Under the pieces are notes generated by a model that had not been told where the DNA came from, did no database searches, and saw nothing but the letters and a program-made list of their open reading frames with translations. The position numbers were made by a program, and so were the translations under genes. Below are positions 38,677-51,949 of a DNA stretch of 64,000 nt, in pieces (the stretch's first letter is position 1; each line of letters opens with the position of its first letter). The stretch comes from Eledone cirrhosa (lineage: Eukaryota): positions 31,124,001 to 31,188,000 of the forward strand of contig OZ024755.1 of the NCBI GenBank assembly GCA_964016885.1, written 5' to 3'.

Positions 38677-40260
38677 GTATGTAAAAGGTAAACAGAAATA
38701 ACAACGCAATCAGTATATGGAACGAATATATTAGTTTAACGCTTGAAATAACAGGAAGAGAGGCTTAACGTTTTTGATGCTAGTCCTTCATCAGAAGAAA
38801 GAATGAGAAATTAGGTTGAAGGGGTAGGCAGGGCATAACTGGAAAAATGTTTGTGGAGGAAAATAACAGGTCCATTCATATTGCCATCTCTTGGAAAACT
38901 TGATGCTGGCGTTTTGTGTATGATATACTTTTTTAGAAAAGTAGATGATGGAGGGCGTCTTTCTGAAATAGAAATAAAAAAACGTTTTGTATATAGAGCT
39001 ACATGTGTGTGTATGTTAATATAAGGGAGTGTATATACAGAGATGTGAAGGGAAAAGTAGAGGTGTGTGTGTGTGCATATTTAGTTGGTCTGTATCAGCT
39101 GTAAGAGTATGTTTCTGACCACAAGAGAGCCATAGGAATCTAGGGGTGAATGTACAAGCGCGTGCATGATAATTGATGGGGTAAATGTGACGGAGGGGAG
39201 GGGGGGTCAAGGGGTAGAGAAGTAAGCACGAACGTATATGTGTAATATTAAAGAAATTGAGGAGCGGAGTTGAGTCCATGAGGGAAACAGGACCCAAGGC
39301 GGAAAATCAGACCATGTTCAGTCCTGGTGAGCGAGGCTTGTGATCTGTAATGTAAAAGGACACCAAAGATTGAGACATGTAGGGAAGAGGTACCTGGGGA
39401 ACGGCAATGATGGGCCATGGGAGTATCCATACCAAGTCCCTCAAATGTTCAGCCTGCCAGACGGCATGCCATTTATCCAATGTATAAGGACCTGCAAAGG
39501 GAACACCGAAGGGCATAGACATTGTGGGTGGAGGTGCAGGTGAAGAAGTAGCAGATATGAAATGAACCTGTTGTGGGTAACGTTTGAGAAGGCTGTGGGT
39601 TCGAATCACGTTGGGGTCACCATTTGTAGCAGATAAATGTTATTCTTTGATGGATGTTTGATAAGAATAATAATGCCATGATTGTGATATGTGACATGAT
39701 GCAATATGTGACAGAATTTATTGCTACATTAATTGCTGGCTAGCTACTTCGAGCTAGCGTGCATGCAGGTATCAATACGATGATACAATATAAGTGATCC
39801 AACAGGAAGACGCAAAAATAGATAAAACACAGAAATAAACAGTATAATCAAACCTGTGTGTGTATTCTTAGTATACGTTATTCGTCTCAAGGTCTGCTGG
39901 TTCATATCTTGCTGTGGTCGAGAAGGTGAAAGCCAGTAAGGGCCAGGAGAAAGAAAGGGTAAAAGGTCTGCTCTCACTAAGTCCTTGTATTTATAATAGT
40001 GCTATAGTTAGAAAGATGTGTATATGAGGTTGATTTATGATCAGCCATGTGGATATCGTCTCCAGGAAGCTGGGGTCACAGGCCAAGTGGTATGTACGTT
40101 TATCATCACTGTCTTTGTCAGGGCAATGGTGGGAACCTTCCAAAAATGGGTGGTACCAGAGGTGAGAAACCTCAGATTCGGTTTCGAATCTTCACCGGTA
40201 AAACATAGGAGTATTTCGTTATAAACTGTTGGTGCCTGTGAGAGTGGTGAGGTTGGATAT
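38677..40260 (-). mobile_element. Possible highly decayed Penelope-like retroelement
   Basis: Minus-strand EGLGMDTPMAH resembles the PLE RT motif GxAMGxPxAP, and LNFFNIT...YHAR resembles (V)NFLDI...Y.H. The adjacent terminal repeat carries a CTGATGA motif on the same strand. Evidence is weak. Confidence 0.4.
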
Positions 40261-40414
40261 TTTAGGAGAGAGTCATGCTGCCAATAAAAATTACTTCAAT
40301 TTATTATTTGAATTTCTCAGTCTGCTCGTTGGTTATACCATCTTGGTTTTGAGAGCTCACAAAAACAAGATGGCGTAAAACAGAACAAAGGAGAGACAGA
40401 AAATAACAACAAAA

Positions 40415-40463
40415 GTAGTCACTGATGAGGTCACAGAATGTGTGACGAAAGAACTTTGATGAC
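40415..40463 (+). ncRNA. Candidate minimal type-I hammerhead ribozyme
   Basis: GTAGTCA-CTGATGA-G-GTCACA-gaatg-TGTGAC-GAAA-G-aa-CTT-TGATGAC. Core boxes are intact, stem II is a perfect 6 bp, stem I is imperfect and stem III is very short. Confidence 0.5.
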
Positions 40464-41727
40464 AATCAACAACTAAACAACCATCTGGTTATTAAACTAA
40501 CAGACTGGGAAATTATAATAATAAATTGAATTGAATCCAACAGGCCCGTGTTTCTTATTGGCAGCATGGCCCTCCCAAAGGATAACAAATCTGTTTCAAC
40601 AAATACAGAAACGAAATATGTGTTCATGTCTGTGTTTAGGATAATATCCAGTAACTTAAAAAGTAGATAAAATGAAGATTGATAAAATAAGCAGTGCGAT
40701 ATGAGCGACTTTCCTTCAAGGTAGTGCCCTAGCATGGCCGGATGTGTGCATGTATTTATATAAGTCGACATGTGTAAAATGAACAGCGAGCAAGTTCGAT
40801 TTAAATAATGACTCGGTGAAGTGATCGGAAGACTATCTGTACTAATCGATTATGTGCTTAGGGATGTTGTTTAACTGTGATCAATGATATTCCAGCCGTA
40901 GTCGTCTGGCCTTTTTAGGGGTATCTGGGGTTAGATTATATAATGTAGTTTCCTTCTTATTTTAAGACAGTAGAATGTGATTTAAGGGAGATTTGGCTGT
41001 TATTTCTAGCTAGTAGAACAACCATGTAAAAGCTGCCTCGTTCTGTTTTACCTGCAGTGGAGGAGAGAGATATAGGGAGTGTACAAGAGAGAGAGAAATG
41101 GTAAGAGACAAAGGAAGGGAGAAAAATAAAAATGGACAGAGAAAGTAAGAGTATGAGATAGAGAGAGAGAAAGAGTTAGTTAAATACAGCAGTGACTAAT
41201 CCATGAATATTGCTCGAAAGTGAGGCTAAATTGAGCATTGGTGATAAATAGACAGACAGATAGTTATATTGAGAGGGGGAGAGAGAGTGGGTATATATGT
41301 GAGAGGGGGAGAAAGACAAAGGAAGTGCGCAAGAGAAAAAAAAAAAGGGCGTGAAGGACATTGAGAGGAAGCGTATGTAAGAGAATAGAGAGAGAGAGAG
41401 TGTATAAATGTATGTATGAAAGGGGGAGGGTGAAAGAAAATAGGCATAGCAGAGAGGGAGTGAGAGGAGAAGGACGCAAGACAAATAAAGAGAGAGGGAG
41501 TGAGAAGAAGTGAAAGATAAACAGAGGGAGTGTGAGATAAAGCTAAAGATAAAGGGAGGGAGAGATAAAGAGACTGACAGAATAATTGAACAACTAGAGA
41601 GAAAGATAGATAGATTAATTGAAATAGATAGACTGATAGTGTTAAGCAGAGTTGTGTGGAGATTACAAGTGTTCAGACATACACAAAGAACATAAATATA
41701 TATACATACATATATACATATACATAC

Positions 41728-41758
<31 letters not shown>

Positions 41759-42287
41759 CATACATACATATACATATTTATATATACATATATATACACA
41801 GAGAGTTGAGAGGAAAGCAAAACAGCCAGAGAGGAATATATACTTACATATATATGTAGAGAGAGATATATATATAATGTATATATGAGTGTAAAATAGA
41901 CAGAACTACTTAGGTTTGTATTCATATTTCACTGATTGGATTTGTAAATATCGGGAGCAAATTCCTAAATAGATAGGCAAATGTATATGTTAGTGTATAT
42001 ATGTTATTTAATTGTTCATATTTATTTTATTATCACCATTGTTATAACTTGTGTACAGTTAATCCTGATAATTCCTTCCTTTCTTGTCTTGTCACCTTTA
42101 TATCTGTCATATATATAATATATTATATATATAGATATTATACAACACTTCATATATACATGGAAGATGTGTGTACATATAGCAACACGCATGTATGTAT
42201 ACATTTCTGTAAAATATATTCTGCATACTATATATAACATATAGTATATATTCTGCATATTATCTGCACATCTCCATACTGCGGCAC

Positions 42288-42347
<60 letters not shown>

Positions 42348-42936
42348 CATACAGACACACACATACACACATATATATATATATATATACATATATATAA
42401 GGATTATGAGTTCATGCAATTGACTTATGTTTCGTCACTATACATATATATATTTAGATATATATCGACGGTTGTTTTTGTAGAGTTTGTTTATTTTCAT
42501 AAGCGTTGTCTTTGCATGCGATAATATTTCACACTCCACACAACTTTATATTTAAATATGTTTCTTCTCTACTACATTTCAAATATGTACGAATATTTAC
42601 TACACATTGAAATAACTGTAGTTTTTGTCTACTGTATTTAACTTCCACCTTGGACACATCATTAGTGTTGTAACTTAGTCACTGGGTGTTTCAGGTCTTA
42701 CAACATAGGGCATCTAGATGAGGGTGACTAACTACAGGACACATCATTAGTGTTGTACCCTGGAGTCACTGGGTATTTCAGAGGATCTTCCAACATACAC
42801 CCTCATCCAGGTGACCCAACGGTGGTTGATCAAACCTCAGTCTGTAACCAAGTGGCATACACATTTAGAGGAAAACTGTGTCGTTTCATCTCAGCCATGT
42901 GTAGTGCCTGTTTGATCTGATAGTGGTGTTGTTATA

Positions 42937-43122
42937 ATAATTGTTTCTACTTTAGGCACAAGGCCAGCAAATTACCCAGTGCATTACTGGTACTTTATTT
43001 TATCGACCCCGCAAGGATGAAAGGCAAAGTCAACCTCGGCGAGATTTGAACTCAGATCGTAAAGGGACGTAACTATACTGGAAAGCATGGCGTCCGACCC
43101 TCCACCGATACTGCCAATCCAC
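42937..43122 (-). mobile_element. tRNA-derived SINE (Meta-domain-like family)
   Basis: Minus-strand head gtggattggcagtatcgg...ctgagttcaaatc and body tttgcctttcatcctt...ggggtcgataaaataaagtaccag. Confidence 0.8.
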
Positions 43123-44591
43123 ATAATAATGGTTTCTTTATTGCTTACTACGACCGTACAGTATAAACAAGGAGTGGGGATTTACATAACAAAATACCAC
43201 ATATCCTACAGGCACCATAGGCAAATGTCCTCTATTCTGTCCTGCCTACAGAGTAACCTCATCCACTCGGGTCATTCTCGTTACATTCACCCACAATTTA
43301 ACAAATATATTGTAGGGTGGGAGTAGCACTTCAGTCTTACCTTCCTTTCTTACAACAAAACAAAGTTTCATATTTATTTCAGAGAGAGCAGCGCTATCAT
43401 AAGACATTCATGTTTCTCTTATTTGTATAACCAGGGACTGTAGCAAGGGACTTCACATTATGTTTTGGCTGTCATAAAGAACACACAAGTTCTGCAATGC
43501 AAACTGTTATGCCGAGGCCCTATGCAGGTTTAGTCCACCCCTGTGTAATAATGGTTGTTATTATCTCTGTTAGCTTAATTAGACAATAGCTAGTAGTTTA
43601 TTACAGCAGAACAATGTGTCATATATATGTATTGGACAGAAGGAGGATGGATTAGATGACGTTCATCCATGCCTTACTTATATTTGTGTTTATGTATGTG
43701 TGTGGTTACTTGTTGAATATATAAATGAAAATTATTGTGTACAGTGATCAGGTGCACTATCACTGTTATCTTAATCAATTTCCCCAACTCGTATCTCGCC
43801 AGAAAAAAAAAAAAAAAAAAAAAAAAAAACGTTAACTGCAGCCATATATATATATATAGCCACAACAATAACCATCATCATCATCTCACGGTCGTCTGAC
43901 TGTCGAGATGAGGATACTCTCCCCCCATCCCTCGTGTCTCTGTGTAAGCCGGCTAAATATCTAAATTACTAATGCTTTCATCGGCTGCTTTCACGACTGA
44001 CAGCTAATAGCGTTGTAGTGCCTTATGTGTTACTGTGACGGATTAAGGGGTGCTGATAATAGCTATATGTGGTAGGCCACAGTTAGGGACCACATCGATT
44101 TTAAAAGGGATGGTGGGAATATCACTGGAGGGCTACAGTTAGGGACCACAGTCTTTACAAGGAGTTATGATATAACTATACCACAGTTAGGGACCACACA
44201 GTCTTTACAAGGGGTGGTGATACAATTAGACCATAGTTAGGGACATCACAATATTTAAAGGGTCCCAAATTATGTTCTTGCTACCTCCGAGATACACAGA
44301 TTCCTCGATGAAATTTCCAGCCAAAAGTCTCCCATGCAAGCTTAATAAGTCCTTCAATTCCATATACATGACTGGCGTATGATGCTGAAGCTAGTGTTTA
44401 TTTTGATGTTTTAATATTGTTGCTGATTTAGTTCTAAAGAACCACAAATACGGTTTTTTAATCTGTCGAGATTTTGTTTTTAAGAAATTAGAGAATATTT
44501 TTGTGATTCAGTTTTCCTTCATTGTAATATGAAACCTTGTTCTTATATGGCTATTGCTCTCGTCTTCAACATGTTCTTTATGTTGTTTAAT

Positions 44592-44809
44592 AATGGTTTC
44601 TGATTTAGGCACAACGCCAGCAATTTTTGAGGGAGGGAGGCGTCCATTACACCGACCCCAGTGCATTACTGGTACTTTATTTTATTGACCCCGTAAGGAT
44701 GAAAGGCAATGCTAACCTCAGCTGGATTTGAACCCAGAACGTAAATGGCCAGAACTCTATTTCGCGCAGCATGGTGTTCGACCCTTTACCGACTCATCCA
44801 ATCCACCAC
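44592..44809 (-). mobile_element. tRNA-derived SINE (Meta-domain-like family)
   Basis: Same family as 42937-43122 and 63689-63905. Confidence 0.8.
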
Positions 44810-44823
44810 CCTTATGCTGTTTC

Positions 44824-44855
<32 letters not shown>

Positions 44856-44884
44856 TTCTTTATATTGTATTGTATAAGGGATGT

Positions 44885-45818
44885 ATAAAGCTAATGGACC
44901 AGGTGATGAAAGTAACAGTGTTATAGCACAGCTGATTAGGGACAGGGTAAAACTAGATGAGATGCAGTTTGGGTTTGTGCCAGGCAAAAGCACCACTGAT
45001 GCCATTTTCCTTGTGAGGCAGTAACAAGAAAAGTACCTAGCTAAAAGTGAGCCGCTCTACCTAGCATTTGTCAATCTGGAAAAACCCTTCGACAGAGTGC
45101 CCCGTGCTATAATCCGATGGGCTCTTAGAAAACTAGGAGTAGATGAATGGCTTGTGAAAGCGGTACAAGCCATGTATAGGGGAGCAGTCAGCAAAGTTAA
45201 GGTTTACAATGACTATAGCGAGGAATTTAGCATACAGGTCGATGTCCACCAGTGTTCTGTTCTTAGCCCTCTCCTGTTTATTATAGTATTGCAGGCTATA
45301 ACAGAAGAGTTTATGACCGGATGTCCATGGGAACTTCTGTACATGGATGATCTTACATTCAGAGCTGAACTAGAGAAGGGGTTTCAAACATGGAAGCAGG
45401 GACTAGACTGAAGGGGTCTTAAAGTCAACCTGACAAAGACTAAGGTCCTTCTAAGTAGACGAGAAAACAGAAATGGCCTTGCTCAGTATGTAGGTAGAAA
45501 TTCCATCCTCCACCCCAAATGCAAACTTGGCTACACAAGAGATGTAGTGGGATCTCAGGAAGTTTAGCTAAGAATGTAGGTTTTACATGTAGCAGTTGCA
45601 CTGGAGCAGTAAGCAGCAAACAACCACAGGAAACAAGCACAACCAAATTCTGGGAGGGCTCTGTAGAAACAGTAGACAGCTTTTGCTACCTAGTGACCAA
45701 ATTAGCAGCAGAGGTGGGTATTCTGAAAGTACAGTAATCAGAGTAAGAACAGGATGGAAGAAGTTCAGGGAGCTACTGCCACCGCTAACCGCAAAAGACT
45801 TTTCCCTCAAAATGAAAG
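44885..45818 (+). mobile_element. Decayed RTE LINE RT fragment including a degraded PHD finger
   Basis: LDEMQFGFVPGKSTTDA, VPRAIIRWALRKLG, CPWELLYMDDL and RVRTGWKKFRELLP...FSLKMK. Confidence 0.92.
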
Positions 45819-47077
45819 TACAATGGTGTTACAGTACATGTGAGACCACAGTACATGAGGTATTACAGTACATGAGGTGTTACAGTACATGTGGGACCAC
45901 AGTACATGTAGTGCTACAGTACATGTGGGACTGTAGTACGTGGGACTACAGTACATGTGGTGTTACAATACATGTGGGACCACAGTACATGTGGTGCTAC
46001 AGTGCATGTGGGACTACAGTACATGTGGTGCTACAGTACACGTGGGACTACAGTACATGTAAATGTACATCTACAGCATATGTACATTGTTTTACAGTAC
46101 ATGTGGTGTTACAGTACACGTGGTGCTACAGTACATGTGGTGTTACGATACATGTGGTGTTACGATACATGTGGTGCTACAGTACATGTGGTGTCACGAT
46201 ACATGTAGGATGACAGTACATGAGGTGTTACAGTACATGTGGTGCTACAGTACATGTGGGACTACAGTACATGTGGTGTTACAGTACATGTGAGACTACA
46301 GTACATGAGGTGTCACAGTACATGTGGGACCACAATACATGTGGTGTTACAGTACATGTGAGACCACAGTACATGAAGTGTTACAGTACATGTGGGACCA
46401 CAGTACATGTAGTGCTACAGAACATGTGGGACTACAGTACATGTGGTGTTACCATACATGTGGGACCACAGTGCATGTGGTGCTACAGTACAGGTGGTGT
46501 TACAGTACGTGTGGGACCACAGTACATGTAGTGCTACAGTACATGTGGGACCACAGTACATGTGGGACTGTAGTACGTGGGACTACAGTACATGTGGTGT
46601 TACAATACATGTGGGACCACAGTACATGTGGTGCTATAGTACATGTGGGACAACAGTACATGTGGGACGACAGTACATGTGGGACGACAGTACATGTGGT
46701 GCTACAGTACATGTGGGACTATAGTACGTGGGACTACAGTACATGTACATGTTTTACAGTACATGTGGTGTTACAGTACATGTGGGACTACAGTATATGT
46801 GGTGCTACAGTACATGTGGGACTACAGTACATGTGCTACAGTACATGTAAGACTACAGTACATGTGGTGCTACAGTACATGTGTCACGATACATGTAGGA
46901 CGACAGTACATTTGGGACTACAATACATGAGGTGTTACAGTACATGTGGTGCTACAGTACATGTGGGACTACAGTACATGTGGTGCTACAGTACATGTCG
47001 GACCACAGTACATGTGGTGCTACAGAACATGTGGTGCTACAGTACATGTGGGACTACAGTACGTGGTGTACTATAGT
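45819..47077. repeat. 17-bp minisatellite (about 70 units)
   Basis: Units acagtacatgtggtgct / acagtacatgtgggact. These give the Cys/Tyr/Trp periodic ORFs. Confidence 0.95.
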
Positions 47078-49710
47078 GTTCAGGATCTGTCCTTTTTATC
47101 TCAAGGTACAGCTTGATGTCATCTGCGTACTTTAGTACTGTGGTATTCTTTAAGTTGGCATCTATGTCATTAATATATGCCACAAACAAAAGGGGGCCAA
47201 GAACAGACCCCTGTGGTACACCAGATGACATCTCATATGGTGAGGAATGCTGTTCCAGAACCGTGACTACCTCTCTTCAACTGGGAATGAAGGACTTCAA
47301 CCAGTTAAAAAGATCATCCTTCACACCCATTGCAGAGAGTTTCGCCATAAGTCTTTTGTGACGCACAGTATTGAAAGCTTTAGCTTTAGTCAAGGTAAAC
47401 AACATCCACCCATGAGCCGCCATCAGTGATCCGGGTGATGTTTTCAAGAAACTCGATAAGTTGATCACAGCAGCTGGAGTTGGGGATAAATCCAAATTGC
47501 GAGGGCCGGTAATGACTGTGAGAGTTCCAGAAGTTCCAAAGTGTTTCTCTGACACAGGATTCCATCAGTTTGGCAATGCAGCTAGTAAGACTGACTGGAC
47601 GATAGTTCACAGGTGATGTGCGATCACCTTTTTTGAACAGAGGAATGACACTGGCAGTTTTTCACATTTCTGGAGTAGCACCGTTGTTCAGACAGAATTG
47701 GAAGAAGCATGATAGTTGGTGCAGAAGGAAGTACCCACCACGTTTAAGAAGCAGGTACGTAACACCATCAAGACTAGGAGAGGCATGGTTGCGTTTATTT
47801 TTTAGGTGACGTTGCAGCATTGCAGGTGTAAATTCCATAGTTGTAATAGAATCCGTTGTCATAGGTGGTGGAGACGGTACACGCTGGTCTTCTATAATGA
47901 AAATGCCTGCATTGCATTCAGCAATGAACTCTGCGCACTCCTTGGGGTCATCAGTAACCTGGCTTGTGTGGGGATTGTGAAGAGGACCAACTGGAGAGTG
48001 AGGCCTCTGCTTTGAGTGAACATAATTCCAGAACACCTTACTGTCAGGGCTGGTTGCTATGCACTGCTCAAATTGAAGCACTGCCTTTTTTGTCACATGT
48101 TTGAGGTGGTTGGATGATTTATTTCGCCTCTTCCTATTGATGTCTGATTTTTACTCACGTTCAGCATTCCGACGTTCTTTTCTGGCAAGATGGACTGCTG
48201 CAGTCTCCCAAATTGCACTTTTGGGATGTTTTTTCCACTTACGTGGAACCGATGCTGCACATGCTGTCCATATTGAGCTCAGGATGTTCTGGAGTACAGT
48301 GTTCACATCTCCAGAGTCGTAGAACTAAAGCCAGTTTAGACGTAGCAACTCGGTGCAGTAACAGTTCCAGTCTGCTTTATTCCAGTCAAAGTGAGCAGTT
48401 TGGAGATGGTTGTGGTTCTTGTTACTGCCCATGAGAGATAGATTGGCAATGATCATAGCATGATCAGAGTCACCTAAAGGTTCCCCAGCAGTAACACTAA
48501 TGACCGTTTCAGGAGTAGTGGTGAAGAGTAGATCCAAAGTGTTGTCACCTCTTGTTGGGGAGGTGACTACTTGGGACCAATTCGAGTCCAGCACTAGCTC
48601 AAGGAAGTCATTTGCACTTGGCGGCCAATGAAAGGTTTCCCAGTTAATCTCAGGGTGATTGAAGTCTCCTGCAATAAAATCATAAGTGGCTCTTTTCCTG
48701 ACAGCAGCTCTGAGGATATCACAAAGTTGAGTATCCTGATCGTAATTTGGGGGACAGTAAATGACTCCAAGTAGCAGTGTTGACATGGTCATACTTATAT
48801 CGACAAATTTGACCAAACGTAGACCATTACACCACCACCACCACGATTAATGCGGTCTTTACGAAACAGGTTGTAGCCAGTTATGCTGAAAACCCCATCA
48901 CAGAGTAAGAGATGTGCCCAAGTTTCCGTGACTGTAATGAAGTCAGTTGAAACTTTTGATGTAGGAGTCAAAAAGATGAATCTTATTGCATAGACTACGT
49001 GCATTCAAGGACAACAATTTGTACCTTGATTCCAGTATATGATTATGTGCAGGGGATGGCAGGTTCTGATTTAGTTTCCCAGAGTTTTTTCAGTTTTTTT
49101 ATTGTCAGTTGTTGTGGGTACAGTGTTTTCAGACCAGCTGGTATCTCTTTTCCATGTTTCACCAGCCTTAACAAACTTCCATATCTACCCATCATCACGT
49201 AGGCTGAAGCTTTCATGTTCTGCCGAGCTGCGGTTTAAGGAAGCTGCAGCACGCAACTTTGGGCGGACATCAGGTGGAAGACCAGAGCGTGTTCGGAAAG
49301 CAATTCGACTTTCACGCCTAGCTTTATCAGAGGCTACAAGGTATGAACGTGCCTCAGTTGAGTTCGAAAAAGACAATCTAATTAGCCTGGGTTTCGGGCC
49401 TGGTCGGCCAAGGCGTAGGACACCCTTTGGATGAACTGGCAGCAAATGCCTGAAGATCAACTATGTCTTCTGGTACACCAATGGCAATCACTTCGTGGTT
49501 TGCAGATTCAGTGGCATTCTCAATCCGTCCAGGTTCAACATGAGGTACGCGGAGATTTTTTAACAAGGCACTCCGGTAAGATCCCTCATTGTGAGGTTCT
49601 ACACGAATGCTTGATTTTATTCCTGCTATTTCTCGGCTTAAAGCGGAAATCATTTGCCGTATTTCCTCAAACTCTGTATTGACGGTCGATTTTTGTTGTT
49701 GTTGTTCTTC
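47078..49710 (-). mobile_element. Decayed CR1/L2-group LINE with ORF1, APE endonuclease and RT (frameshifted, 3'-truncated)
   Basis: ORF1-like segments (coiled coil, VIAIGVPE, LRLGR..KPRLIRL). APE motifs VTETW, RKDR...GGGV, AGDFN, PTRGDNTLDL, SDH. RT motifs NYRPVSLTS, QFGF, YLD..KAF, SGVPQGSVLGPLLF, YADD. Confidence 0.9.
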
Positions 49711-49751
49711 TCCTTCAACAACCACACACACATATATATATATATTACACA

Positions 49752-49930
49752 TATACTACCATGCAGCATAGCACATCTCACACAAACATCATATAATTGG
49801 CCTTTCATTTGTAGGGAGAAACTCTTCTTTGTCAACAGAGGAAGCAGCTCCCTAAACTACTTACAACCTGTCCTTATTCTAGATACTAGATACTATGGCC
49901 TCAGAACACCTTTGCCCCTTTCTGAGATTG
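49752..49930 (-). mobile_element. Decayed RTE fragment
   Basis: FSLQMKGQLYDVCVRCAMLHGS, matching the intact LINE's FSLKMKGRLYDACIRTAMLHGS. Confidence 0.7.
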
Positions 49931-51553
49931 GAAATCTCATAACTGGCAAGGCCCTGTGTACTATATACCAAGTGAACAACGATGGATTGCATACAATTAT
50001 CACAGGACCTTACCTGGTTTGATCAAGAGAGTCAGTATAGATGTGCAATCTCGAGATCAATATGTAGACTTGGTTCGATCAAGAGATATGCCATCATAGT
50101 TTGTTATAGAAATATTGGCATACTTCCCAGTGCACATCCCAAACTGACATTGAATGGCTACAAACTTGAACTCTTGTACTCTAAATCATCAGATACATTT
50201 CACATGACACCGATGCTATGTAGACATTACTACAAGAACTATCATGAGGTATTAGATGAACAACTTTACAAGTGACATAAAGACGTGTCTTCAACTACAA
50301 ATTATAAAATAGGGTCCTGTGATGTACCCAATTATGGTTACATTCCAACTATTGTTTGTGGTAAAACAAGCTTTACAGAAGCAATTGATAAGAAAAACCC
50401 TATGTATCAGAATGTTTTCTGCACTGGGTTACAGTACACTCATTGTATTGACAAGCCAGATTCTTTAAAGTTTTAAAATAAGCAAAAACACTTCTTTTTA
50501 CTGATTCTTTTTGAGTCAAATAAAGTAACTTAAGAAATATATTGTATCTGTTTAGTTTTATCTCCATCTACCGTAAAAAAACCCAGCCCCAAAACACCCA
50601 GCCCACACTGTAAAGTGGATGTGCAAAAGACATGACAAAAAGTACCAAGTCCACATTGTCAATGTGGTTGGCATTAGGAAGGGCATCCAGCCATAGAAAA
50701 CCCACCAGAAACTCTCCTATATGAGCGAGACATGGTCACCCAACCCAACTTGCTTCTAAATGGGACAAACCTGTCTAACCCCTGCTAGCGTGGAAGATAG
50801 ACATTAATCAATGATGATAATGATGATATACACTCACATGTATATATAACTACATATGTTTAGAAGATGGACTGGAAGTAATGAAAAAGACTTACTCCAC
50901 ATGAAGAATTGGGAAATGTTGAGAACTTTGAAATGATATTCCTTGGCATGAAGAAGGAAATAATATACTATCATCTATATTTGGATAATCCTAGAGGGAA
51001 TGGTACCAAACTTGGACATTCACAACTATAGGAATATAGGGAAAAAAAGACAGGAAACGGTTCTTAACTATTGGAGTCATAGGGCTACCATCCTAACACA
51101 TGTCTGGAGTCTTTAAACCTGGGGGAGCATATCTTCCTTCATACACAGCTGGGAGAGAAAGTGATATAAAGTGAAATAGGGGAAGAATCGACCCCAGTAC
51201 TTGACTGGTACTTTATCAACTTCAAAAGGATGAAAAGCAAAGTTGATTCAGTTGGATTTGAACTTGTAGCACTGTGAACCAGAACAAATATTGCGGCATT
51301 TAACCCTAATGACTCTACCACCACCTGCAAAACTATAAAAACCCCTAAATAAAGCACCATTACCAAGTTACAATAGACCTACCATCTCCCTCTTGAATGA
51401 GTTATCAGGTAGCATGACATAGCTTGATGAAGCTGTATTGGATGTGGTTGTGTTGTCTGTGGAAATATCCAGGTAGTGTTTCTTCACGGTTGGCTTTTCC
51501 TCTGCTTAATAGTGTATAACTAGTGTAGGCTGTTGTATATTTCTAAGGGTAAT

Positions 51554-51880
51554 GGAGGCACATGGCTTAGTGGTTAGAGCATTGGCCTTGCAATCGAAAG
51601 GTTGTGAGTTCAATTCTCAGACCGGGTGATGTGTTGTTTACTTGAGCAAGACACTTTATTTCACATTGCTCCAGTTTACTCAGCTGTAGAAATGAGATGA
51701 TAGGGACTGGGATCCATATCATTCCACTGTAAAGTGGTCTTGGAGGTGCCACGGAAAAAAGCACCCAGCACTCACTGTAAATGAGGTTGGTGTTAGGAAG
51801 GGCATCCAGCTGTAGAAATCAAGCCAGAATCAGTTCCCGTCCCACCCCTGCAAGCAGGGAAAAGCGGACGTAAAATGCTG
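51554..51880 (+). mobile_element. tRNA-derived CORE-like SINE with RTE-derived 3' end
   Basis: Box A tggcttagtggttagagc and box B gagttcaattc. CORE-like cttgagcaagacact...ctcagctgtagaaatg. The tail is shared with the RTE 3' UTR (ggtgttaggaagggcatccagctgtagaaa...gcaagcagggaaaagcggacgtaaaatg). Confidence 0.85.
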
Positions 51881-51949
51881 AATTTGCATGAATTTAGACA
51901 AAGACACATAGCACATCAAAGAAATGCTGTTTAGATACAAATTGGTAGA

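Noticed and set aside
41050-41890. ORFs in the GA-rich and TA-rich tract
   Set aside because: Low-complexity microsatellite-derived sequence.
44075-44265. Interstitial telomeric repeat
   Set aside because: Only single TTAGGG hexamers within an about 50-bp degenerate tandem unit (cagttagggaccac), not a telomeric array.
45596-47135. Cys/Tyr/Trp/Met-rich ORFs superficially like keratin-associated or reflectin-type repeats
   Set aside because: Products of a 17-bp tandem repeat, open in all frames, with no real family motif.
51554-51630. tRNA gene (also 55884, 63545-63621, 63689)
   Set aside because: Box A/B are present, but they continue into SINE bodies and lack a complete acceptor stem.
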